DNA of 64,000 nt from a virus (taxonomy: Duplodnaviria; Caudoviricetes), in IMG/VR virus record IMGVR_UViG_3300029288_000001, positions 96,001-160,000 of that record; one strand, given 5' to 3'. The notes under the pieces are model-generated. The model was not told the origin of the DNA, searched no databases, and saw only the letters and a list, made by a program, of their open reading frames with translations. The translations under genes and the position numbers were made by a program. Within the stretch, counting starts at the first letter, position 1; the number at the start of each line of letters is the position of its first letter. Below are positions 34,217-43,900 of this stretch, piece after piece.

Positions 34217-34220
34217 ATAT

Positions 34221-34400
34221 TTTATTACCTCTTTTGTTTTTTAAATTTTGTCCACTACGATTTGTAATGGCTCTTGCCGGAACGGATCGGATAGGGTGAG
34301 GTGCCAGATTGTTAAACAAAAGAGGTAAAACAAAAATGGTCTTGCGGGGTATCGGATACCGTTCTTTCGGCTTCATAATTAGTTTTTTAAACCTCTTTTG
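34221..34400 (-). promoter_or_regulatory. Structured leader with anti-RBS upstream of the AAA ATPase operon
   Basis: Minus-strand TTACCTCTTTTGTTT (about 34314-34328) is complementary to the AAA RBS AAACAAAAGAGGTAA (about 34225-34239). Confidence 0.45.
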
Positions 34401-34990
34401 ATTTTAATTTAAACAATAGTATAATACTAATAAAAAAAATAGTTTATTAAATTTTTGTTTTTTATTCCTATATTGGATACTTCCTCGCGGGAGTAATGAC
34501 CACGCATTTTTCGTGATACCACTCTCGCTCCGTATTGGGATAAATTACTTCCACCGCGTCGTTAGCGTCTAGTTCCTCTTCACACGCATCGCACACGACC
34601 TTTTCAGACATTGGATTTCCCATATTAATCTATATCCTCCACATCTTCGTCGGTAATCTCAAAGACCGTGTTTAACTGCTCAAGGGCTTTATTCAATCTC
34701 TCTCTCGCAAAGTCTATACCCTCGTTTCCCATATCTTCGAGATCGGCTAGGGCGTTGGAAATATTGCCCCATATCTCTAAGATATTATCTCGATTTGCGC
34801 TCTCGAAGTCCATTAGAACGCATCCTCCGAAGTGTTATTCTCGCATTCGTCATTGTTGCAGTGGACACAATCGTTGTTGCAGAAGTTATCGCATTCTCCA
34901 CAATTATTATTGCACACATCATTTCTTCCAAAATTAAAACAAAAACATTCTATTCCATCCATAACATTTTACCTCTTTATTTTTTTATGT

Positions 34991-35024
34991 GCCTTCCGCA
35001 GGACTCGAACCCGCACAGGAAGGC
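34991..35024 (-). ncRNA. tRNA minihelix-like element 7 (canonical T-loop)
   Basis: GCCTTCC TGT GCGGG TTCGAGT CCTGC GGAAGGC A. Confidence 0.7.
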
Positions 35025-35218
35025 ATAATAGAAAAAAAGGTAGTTATTGTTTGGTGTTAGACTCTTTTCCGAATTTGACTCCCGCGAGAAAGTTATTCGC
35101 AACGACCACCGCCTTGTCCTCGTTCTTATTCGCTAAGGCAATGGTGTGTAGTAAAGTTTCTTTATCCTTAATTCTTTCTTTTATTTGTTGGAATTTCGGT
35201 ATCTCTACCATAGTTCTC

Positions 35219-35464
35219 TTACGCCTCCTTTAATTGATTTACCTTCCCTAAGAACTCTTCGCGGGAAAGTCGTATCTTCTTGTCCGCGCACACCTCGTTA
35301 AGGTGCTTTCCCGTAGTCTTACTCCAATCGTTCTTGCACACTAAAAGATCGCTCTTAGTCCTGACCGCGATCAAAATATCGTAGCTGTAATAAAAAGTTA
35401 TACCGCTCACCTCGATCGTAGAGAAATGAGGTGCTAGTTGTTTATAAGTGGGAATTACTACCAT
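35219..35464 (-). CDS. Conserved phage hypothetical protein
   Basis: TFYYSYDILIA...WSKTTGKHLN motif typical of small phage early proteins. Confidence 0.6.
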   Translation of the reverse strand: MVVIPTYKQLAPHFSTIEVSGITFYYSYDILIAVRTKSDLLVCKNDWSKTTGKHLNEVCADKKIRLSREEFLGKVNQLKEA

Positions 35465-35497
35465 ATAGTTTTATTACCTCCTTTGTTTGTTGTATTA

Positions 35498-35568
35498 TGC
35501 CCCTTGGAGGAGTTGCACCCCCGTCTCCGCGGTGAGAACGCGGTATCCTTCTTCTAGACTAAAGAGGC
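35498..35568 (-). tRNA. tRNA-Glu(CTC), degenerate D-loop
   Basis: GCCTCTT/AAGGGGC acceptor; CCGCG-TTCTCAC-CGCGG; GGGGG-TGCAACT-CCTCC. Confidence 0.75.
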
Positions 35569-35591
35569 GGTATTATTAGAAAGAAAAAAAA

Positions 35592-37260
35592 TTAGAGGGT
35601 TTTATCGTATAGCGAAAAAAACAAATGCCAAAACGATTCCCTCATTATTTCACGATTCCCGCGTGGACATTCCTTGCCCTTGCACCTCGTATTCGTCTTG
35701 TCGCACTTCCCTTTTACCTTGTGCGAACATAAACAGATCGGGCGAAACACGGGTATTCCATCAATATCTACATAGCTTGTTTCCATATTTTCTCTACCCA
35801 CTTAAAATAATGGTTCGTTGAATCGGTTAAAATCGTGAGTTTTTATTTCTCTTTGTTGGAAATTAAAATGAAGCTGTCCTATTTTGCTGGAAAATTTATG
35901 AGTTCTAGAACATTCCGTGCAATAATATTCTCCTTTTCTCATTTCATATTACCTCTTTTATTTTTATTGCGTGGCTTCCTCTTCTCGGTATAAACAGGAG
36001 GGGAAGCAACTTAATAAAAAGAAAAAAATGGTTAAATAAATAGTTTCAATAATTCCGTAATTTCAGTAGGCTTAAAATCGGGATATACATCAACCTCGTC
36101 TTCCTTGATCTTAAACGCTTGGTTTAGTCCGACCACGATCGCTTCTAAATGCTTACGCAATCCTTCTCTACGCGCGATAAGTTCGGAATCTTTTAATTCG
36201 TAGAGATCAATACATACCTCGCAGATACGATTCCACGCGGTTAATACCGCGATCCTTTCTTTCGTTAAACCTTTGCTTAACCGACTTAATAGATCGTAAA
36301 GCGTGTGTCGGTTACGTTCGTGGATTTGTCTTTTTGATTTCTTATAACATTCAGAACACATTACAAGACCGCTTCCGAACTTCTTTCCTCCTACGGATTC
36401 TGCATCGTTCATATCGACCATTCGGTCACATTTATAACACCATACTTTTTCAACCATATCATTACCTCATTTTGTCGTTATTATTGCTATTAGAACTAAA
36501 AGATAAAAGATTATTTAAGATTATGCTTTCTACTTATACGCACCGCTCCTATAAGGGACGGAATCGCTAAATACGGCTCACTTTAGCGGCTTACTTCGTC
36601 TCAAACGATCCACGCGCACGATCTCGTTGTATCGCTCTTCTAAATCTGCCATTTCAGCGTCAGTCGTTAGCTCACCATTAAGCATTGCTTCGGTTTCAGT
36701 CGTAAGCCTAGTGTAGCAGAGATAACATAGTTTTAAATCTTGCTTGGAAATATCTATATCTGAGCCTTTCTGTTTGCGCTTCGTTTTCTTTATCTGTCGA
36801 TCTAGGTACTCAGCCCACTTAGCGTCTATGGTATTCTTACAAATATCACAACGCTCTTCTTGCTGTTTTCCCAGCCCTTTTTTATAGTTCATAATTGCTC
36901 TAAGTCCTCTACCCTTATCTCTTTGCGCGGTTGTCTCTTCCTTTTCGAAGACGCCTTCTTTTTCGTGCCACAATCGTCGCACAAGATATATGCGTCCGGT
37001 TGCAACCACCGGTTCGCAAACCCTCTTAGCGTAGAAGGGCTATATTTCGGATGTCTCCGTCTATAACTTTTTTTAAATCCTATTTCGCTCCCGCATTTAC
37101 AACACTTACGGCGCAGAGAAAAGGATACCTCGATTATTTCCTCCATTGGCTTCGACCACGAGATTTCAAACCCGCGCGTGAAGTATTCTAACTTCACTAT
37201 TTCGATCGGAGTGGCAATCCGATTATTCTCTTCCTTTTTTTCTTCTATTTGAAACGTCAT
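35592..37260 (-). CDS. Hypothetical proteins
   Basis: ORFs 35592-35801, 36032-36457, 36578-about 36892, 36889-37260 (zinc finger, ends DLEQL). Confidence 0.55.
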
Positions 37261-37420
37261 AAATAAACCTCTTTTGTTCTATTACTCTTTATATAATTAT
37301 TAACTGCTTAATATAACTCTAAAACACGATTAGACTTTTAAGCTTTATGCTTTTCTACTTATACGCACACCGTTTAATAGAGGGAAATGGATAAATACTC
37401 CGTAGATTTAATTTGTCGAT

Positions 37421-38044
37421 TCATACCTTTTTATAAATGTCTAAACTATCGTGAACTCCGAAATACTGCGGAATCCTGACATTTTCTAACCATTCGAAAC
37501 GATCGTCAAGGTATTCGAAGAACTCATCCGTAGCACAACAACCACACTTTCCTTCTCCGACTACTGCGAAATACTCCCCTTGAAACAATTTTAAACAATC
37601 CGTGCCCAGATCGCTCTCGTATGGCACCCAGCACAGAAACAGCGTTCTATGTTGGTTCTCGGGCAAGAGCAACTGTTCAACCGATCCCACTTTCACTTCG
37701 AACCACTTGCGATCGTTTCCTTTACATTGGTTTTCGTAAGGCTTAGAATCGAACGCTACGCAGTCCACCCCTACCTTACTCAACAGATAACACCAATACC
37801 CCGTTCCTGCGCCTATTTCAATCAACCCGTTCTTCGCGTAGTTCTCGATCGTGCGAATCGCCTTCGCGTTCGGGATTGCCCAGCTATACTTCTTTATCAA
37901 ATTCTCCCGTAGATAGAACAACCCAGTGGTTAGCTCTAACTCGTACCAAGAAAAATCGTAAGAACCTCTTTTCAATAAAATACTCTTGAACTGCTCTGGT
38001 ACATCCTGCCAATACTCTATATCGTCATCTATCGTAGTATTCAA
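37421..38044 (-). CDS. Class I SAM-dependent methyltransferase-like protein
   Basis: YSWAIP, LIEIGAGTGYW (motif I), VAFD, LFLCWVPY. Confidence 0.85.
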   Translation of the reverse strand: MNTTIDDDIEYWQDVPEQFKSILLKRGSYDFSWYELELTTGLFYLRENLIKKYSWAIPNAKAIRTIENYAKNGLIEIGAGTGYWCYLLSKVGVDCVAFDSKPYENQCKGNDRKWFEVKVGSVEQLLLPENQHRTLFLCWVPYESDLGTDCLKLFQGEYFAVVGEGKCGCCATDEFFEYLDDRFEWLENVRIPQYFGVHDSLDIYKKV

Positions 38045-38072
38045 TCATCCTCCTGATTGTGTCGGTTTTTCT

Positions 38073-38576
38073 CTACAATTGTTCTAAACATTCTACATCT
38101 AACTCCTGCTGGTGCGCCCTTACATAATAACAAAATCGCTCGTAATACGATCGTATCTTATAAAAATTCGGAAACTGAGACTCTAACGCTTTAAACCTAT
38201 ACTTATGGTTCGGCTCTTCTAAATGACAGATCTCGTGCCAAATCACCATATCCACACATTCTTCGATCGCATACCTCATCTGGCTACACATCACAATTCT
38301 AAGACCTTTCCAATAACACCTTCCATAATAGCTCAATTTCACCTTATCCCCCCATTCGATCGTAACTAAGGATAGTCTCTTTTTACCCTCTATCGAAAAA
38401 TACCTATCGATCGTATCCTTCATTACCTCCTTCACCACCTCTAACCTACCCCTCAGATACTCCGTGCATCCCATACCCTTCTCCACCCCCTCCGTTCTCA
38501 CCTCTATACCCTCAAACCTTACCGATACTTCCCCCTCCCTCCTTATCCTCATTACCCCCCTCTCCGCTATTTTCAT
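38073..38576 (-). CDS. YgjP/SprT-like zincin metalloprotease
   Basis: YYGRC...VIWHEICHLEEPNHKYRF. Confidence 0.8.
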   Translation of the reverse strand: MKIAERGVMRIRREGEVSVRFEGIEVRTEGVEKGMGCTEYLRGRLEVVKEVMKDTIDRYFSIEGKKRLSLVTIEWGDKVKLSYYGRCYWKGLRIVMCSQMRYAIEECVDMVIWHEICHLEEPNHKYRFKALESQFPNFYKIRSYYERFCYYVRAHQQELDVECLEQL

Positions 38577-38653
38577 ACTTAACCCTCTTTTGTCCTTTAC
38601 TTTTTACCCACCTTACTCTTACTTACTCTTTACTCGCTCGCACGATAAAACCA

Positions 38654-39918
38654 CTTTCCTACTTATACGCATCCCAACACCATACCCCTAATCGCTAAAT
38701 AGGCAGTATTCTTGGTGGATCTGATGATTTCGGTTATTAAGCAGTTAGCAGTAAAGTTATAGTATATCGAATAACTCGTTATTTTAAGATAAGCTAGGGT
38801 TTTACGCTTACAACTAACACATAATAACATAGAAAAAAATCGATAAAAACGCGCGAAAAAGGGCTTTAAATTGATTTGAGTTTTAAACGCGAGATAAGAC
38901 ATAGAATAAGAGTTTAAATCGTATAATGCTTTAAAATTAATCGAATTACAGCAAAAAATAGAACCGTAAAACGATAAAAAGAGTTAAAAAGAGTAGTATA
39001 AAATCAAAAAAAAAGAAAAGTTGAGCTACGATTACAGCTCTTCGAGTTGTTCGGGCGTAGCAGTGGATTTAGCTTTCGCGGGTGCTTTCGCGTTAGGGTG
39101 CGCGATCTTGAATGCATCAGAATGCTCTTTGCTGACTAGGTTCAATTGAGTGAAGAACCCTCGAACGTCGGCTTCAACTTCGGGCGCGATTTTGGGAAGG
39201 TCTATTTTAAGAATAGAGCATAACCCTTTTGCAGTCTCAAGGATTGTCTCGTAGGAATCGTAATTGCGCGATCCGATCCCGCAAGTCAGTTTAGAAGCTT
39301 TCGTAGTCTCTGGGTACGATCGTAATACGACCTTTTGTCCGCTTAACGCTACTGGGTGCGATGATTCTTTCTCTGCTAGGTAATTCGTTAAGAACGTAGT
39401 CATTACGCGATGTCTTACTTCTGTTTTCGTAGGCTTTTTGACTTCCTCTGCTTTACCCTCAATAACGGGTGTTTTTACCATATCGTTTTTCACCTCTGAG
39501 GTGTTTTCCTGCTTAACTTCTTCCGCTTTGGGTGTTTCAGAAGTTAAGACTTTTTCTTCAGTCTCGAATTTCGCTTTTATGAACGCGAAACCCTCTTTAG
39601 TCAATACAATGTTATCCTTCCCTTCCTTACGAAAGAAAGGCTTCGTGTTTCCCGCTTCTTTAAACGCGGTGTTTAACGCTTCGCGTTCGCTAGGAATTAA
39701 AGCGTTAAATTTAGTCATAATCTCTTCTTTTTGCATAACAGTTTTTTACCTCGATCGTTTTTTTCGTTTAAACACAATTTTTATTGATGTAGGATTAGAA
39801 TTTACCCGCGTATTTAACCTTTTTTATCGGGCTTTTCGCACGAACTTGATCTCCGACCAAGACCACCGCCTATTTAGCGATTAGGGGTATGGTGTTGGGA
39901 TGCGTATAAGTAGGAAAG
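38654..39918. repeat. Perfect 51-bp inverted repeat (38654-38704 / 39868-39918) at the transcription divergence region
   Basis: CTTTCCTACTTATACGCATCCCAACACCATACCCCTAATCGCTAAATAGGC and its exact reverse complement; partial copies at 36530, 37355, 40040. Confidence 0.9.
39032..39736 (-). CDS. Hypothetical protein enclosed by the inverted repeat
   Basis: 234-aa ORF with GAGGT RBS, ends EQLEEL. Confidence 0.7.
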   Translation of the reverse strand: MQKEEIMTKFNALIPSEREALNTAFKEAGNTKPFFRKEGKDNIVLTKEGFAFIKAKFETEEKVLTSETPKAEEVKQENTSEVKNDMVKTPVIEGKAEEVKKPTKTEVRHRVMTTFLTNYLAEKESSHPVALSGQKVVLRSYPETTKASKLTCGIGSRNYDSYETILETAKGLCSILKIDLPKIAPEVEADVRGFFTQLNLVSKEHSDAFKIAHPNAKAPAKAKSTATPEQLEEL

Positions 39919-40201
39919 GAGTTTTGAAAAAAAAGAGAGCGGAAAAAAAAGGGTGGAAAAAAAAGAGAAAATAGGGAGGGGTAAAAACATAAGGGTGGGA
40001 GGGAGGGGTATTTAGTAAAGGGGGTATAGTAGGGACTGGTGCGTATAAGTCTAATTTAGTCGTGAGTCTAGAGTAGGAATAGGGGTTGTATTAAAGAGAT
40101 ATTAAAGAGGTAATAAAAATGTTTATAAGACTAGAATGTATTATAAAGAGTATTAAAAGAAGTAATAAAGGAGAATAGAACAAATAATAAAGGGAATATA
40201 A

Positions 40202-40426
40202 ATGGAAGAAAAGAGCGAGAATAAGGACAAGGGAAAGAAAGATAAGAAGACGACATTGATTCAGGTGGATAAGGGAGTCGCGAGTAAGTTAGCGTCGATG
40301 AGACCGTTGCCGAGGGCGACCTACAACGACGTGATCGTAAGGTTGATAGACGAGGTGGTAAAGTCGCGAAAGAGAATAAAGGAACTGACGGACGAAATCA
40401 ACGATCTAAAGAAAGAAAAAAAATAG
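40202..40426 (+). CDS. RHH-like DNA-binding protein with coiled coil
   Basis: TTLIQVDKGVASKL...ATYNDVIVRLID. Confidence 0.65.
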   Translation: MEEKSENKDKGKKDKKTTLIQVDKGVASKLASMRPLPRATYNDVIVRLIDEVVKSRKRIKELTDEINDLKKEKK

Positions 40427-40441
40427 GAGACGATCTAATCA

Positions 40442-40843
40442 ATGGGTATAGAAATCGTTGTTTTTCTGGTATTGTTAATCGCGTGGATGTATGGGTGTTA
40501 TCTTCTATCGAAAAGTCCAAGCTCGAACCGTCCGTATCCCTATTACGGACCGACGCAATACCGACAATATTATATTCCCCCTCCGTTAACGCCGATCCCC
40601 GACCGAGGGGTATACAAAGACGGTAAAGGATATTTACGGTACAGAAATAGCGATCGTCTGGTCCACCGAGATGTAGCGTATAGAGAGATTTACTTACCGA
40701 ATCGTAGGTATTACTCGCTACCGTTTGGACAATATCACGTTCACCACAAGGATCGCAACAAACTTAACAACGATCCCAACAATTTATTAATCGTAACGGA
40801 ACAGGACCATTTAGCGCTCCACGGACGGAAGGACTGGAACTAA
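40442..40843 (+). CDS. HNH (HNH_3-type) protein with N-terminal TM helix
   Basis: GYLR...LVHRDVA...HVHHKDRNKLNNDPNNL...H; hydrophobic N-terminus. Confidence 0.8.
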   Translation: MGIEIVVFLVLLIAWMYGCYLLSKSPSSNRPYPYYGPTQYRQYYIPPPLTPIPDRGVYKDGKGYLRYRNSDRLVHRDVAYREIYLPNRRYYSLPFGQYHVHHKDRNKLNNDPNNLLIVTEQDHLALHGRKDWN

Positions 40844-40930
40844 AAAAAGATTTTTACGATCGTTATTATCGTTTTAATACTATTCTTTAAATGTAAAACA
40901 CGTTTTTTACCCTAGTAGAGACGAGTATAT

Positions 40931-43900
40931 ATGAACGAAAAGAAAGAAGAAAATAGTTTTGAAGACGCTTGTAGAGCCGCCTACAGAGCCAAACAAGAGA
41001 AAGAGCGCGTAGAAAAAGAGCAGGAACGCGAGGATCGGATAAAATGCACTCAAAAGAACTTCGTTGAGAAGATCATGAACCCTAATAAAGGCATTTTTTA
41101 CGAGCTTGTATTTAACATCTGGAAGGTGAAAGGATACGCGCACGCGCTTTATAATCACAATCATGTAGAAAAGATATGCGATCTTAATAACTACGAGGTT
41201 AAGAAGGAAGTTTTATGCGTTCGCGCGTCTCCAGAATTGGCTATCGGAATGGACGAAGACGACATTATTTTATTCGTGCGGAAGTGCGAGTCGTGTAAGG
41301 AGTTTTATGTGATGGAAACATGTTACATTACTAATTTACCTCTCTCTCTTATTGGCGAGATCTTAGACGATCATAAAGAAGACCATCGTTGTTTGTCCTG
41401 TAATAGTAGGGACGAGATAAAAGACATATTAGATAACGAAACGTGAGGTATATTATATGACAGAAGAAAAGAAAACGATCGCGAACAGCAACCGTAATTT
41501 TGTGTTATTACAAGTAATTGTAGGGTTTCTCGTAATAGGAGGGATCGATCTATGCCTCCTCGTGTATCTCGAAGGGGATTATCTCGTGCCCGCGCTCTTT
41601 ACTCTCTGCGCAGCGCCTGTCCCACCAATCGTAGCGTATTATGGCGTGCGCTCGTCGAGTTGGCTCGCCGCTAATGGCGTCTGCCCAGAGTGCCGCGCAC
41701 CTGGATTAGAAGCGTTCTCGGTTCAAGGATATACTGGTGTGACCGTGTATAAATGTAATAAATGCGGAATGGAAGGCAAAATGATCGTGCCCGCGCTACT
41801 TGGTCGAGTAAGAGAATAAAAGGTGAAAAATAACGAGCACGCACGGAGTATTTGTTTTAAAATTAGAGGATAAGATTATAGGATTCCACATGTGTCACGA
41901 CGGGTATAATGTGGTAGACTTTTACGAGTTAAACAAAGGAATAAAGGATCCCAAAGAACTTTTCTGGAAGGCGTTTTACTTCTTCGCCGAAGAGGAATAT
42001 TCGGACTGCCCTGGTATAAACATTTACTCCGAAAAGTTCGATCTCGAAGCGGACTATTCCTCCATTACTTCCTACACGATTTATTTCGACGGGAAAGAAT
42101 GGTCTGGAGATATAAACAAATAATTTTACGATCGTTATTATTGCTTTAGTAATCGGTTTTATAAGGTCTCTAACCCATACGATCTATATGACCGAAGAAA
42201 CCGTGTCTGCCGCGATTCGTAAGATCTACGAGTTTTGCAACGCCTTAAACGGACGCATGGACAATGTAGTGGAAATGATCCGCGTCATAAATATGAAGCT
42301 GACCACGATCGAACAATTTCTAGCGAGACAGTTCGCGCCAAAGACCTTCAAGGACTTCGTTAATACGGAGTAAAATATTATGGACGAGAATACCGATATT
42401 AAATGGACCGATCTTACGATCGAGAGTATGGACGACTTAAAAAAACAACTGAAGAACATGGGCGATCCCATCTTGGAGAAGTTAGTGCTGGACGAACTCG
42501 CTCGTGGGAACCCTTACAGCTTGATCGGACGGCTGCTCTACACCGTCAGCGAATGCCTGTATTTTGCCGACAAGTTCGGTCTTACGGAAGACCTGCTACA
42601 GTCCATGAAGGACAGCGAGTTACTCTAACGAACGAGGAGGTATTTCATGGTATCCGCGTGTAAGATATATTATACCGACAAAACTACGGGAACGATCACG
42701 GACTGCAAGTCCTACGAGATCGTAGACGAGACGGCGGCGTTATTTCATTGTTTCAACTACCATCAGGGTCGGTGGACCGAGATCGTGCCTCTAGAAGAAG
42801 TGTCTCGGATTACCTGGGAGAGGCAGAATAAAACTTTATGGGAACGCAAGGTAACTGTGCGGTCGGAATTTAATAAAACGCGGGGAAGGAAGGAATGATC
42901 GATTGTAAGAAATGTTGGAATTACGAGGTATACGAGGACTTTTTTTCGGGGAACGATCTTTGGAGATGTAACAAATATACATGCCGTTTTATGTCGCGAA
43001 AGCACCGCCTGAGAGCGCGTCGGAGAAAGTTTAGACGGTTTATGAAAGAGAATGGAGTCGTATAAACAATGGGTAGAACTTACTACGGTAAAAACGGTAA
43101 AGACTTCGACACAAATATAGAAGGGGGAAGGTTTCTCGACCAAATTACCTTTGGATTGTTCAAGAAAATAGGTTGTTATCCAAAAACGGACGAGGATTGC
43201 AAGATAGTCGCGCGAATTCTACGGAATAGAGTCAATTTAAACCAATATTGGAGTCCTTTCTTTCTCGAATACGGCGTGGAGAACGAAGGCGAAGGCGCTA
43301 TAAAATGGATGAAGGAAGCGGTCGAGTTCTTCGAGAATTGTGGGGGGTGTATGGAAGAGGAAGAGTGGTACGAGAAGTTTGGAGGAGGAGAACCGTGAGT
43401 TTTTCGATCGAGAAAATAGACATGAGAAATTTGGTAGCGATCGTAGGGTTCGACGACGGTAAATCGTGGGCGTATCACAACAAGGTATTATACGAGAACA
43501 ACCGCGACTTCATAAAATCGAACGCGGTATTTTTAAGTCATGTATCGCATGTAATTATAGATAAGGAGTTGGAGTGGTAAGTATGGTAGAACCGATCGAA
43601 ATAAAAAAATATAGAACGGTAATAGACTACGAGGCGAAGGTGTTACACTTTCCAATCAAAGAGTGTTTTAAAGACTTTCCGAAGTCGGACGAGATCACGC
43701 GCGAGTATATACGGCTAACCGAGGCGCTAAGACCGGAGTATTTCGAGTCCGTGGTAATCAAGAGCGTAGAACGCGTAGAGGAGGGAAAACAAACACATGA
43801 ATAGTTTAAAAGAAATATACGAGAAAAGTAAGGCTGGGTTAATAGAAGAGTTGAAAAAACGCGGGTTCCAGCGAGACGAGCGAATGGGATTATTCGCGAA

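Noticed and set aside
35974-36007. Eighth minihelix candidate
   Set aside because: Outer stem and position fit but the inner T-arm is irregular; left out of the family count
881-38691. Many plus-strand ORFs opposite the minus-strand gene run (e.g. 881-1384, 10013-10450, 33047-33388)
   Set aside because: Antisense shadows rich in S/F/L, without RBS, overlapping better-supported genes
38654-39918. IS element bounded by terminal inverted repeats
   Set aside because: Enclosed ORF has no DDE, HUH or recombinase motif, no target duplication is seen, and partial repeat copies lie outside
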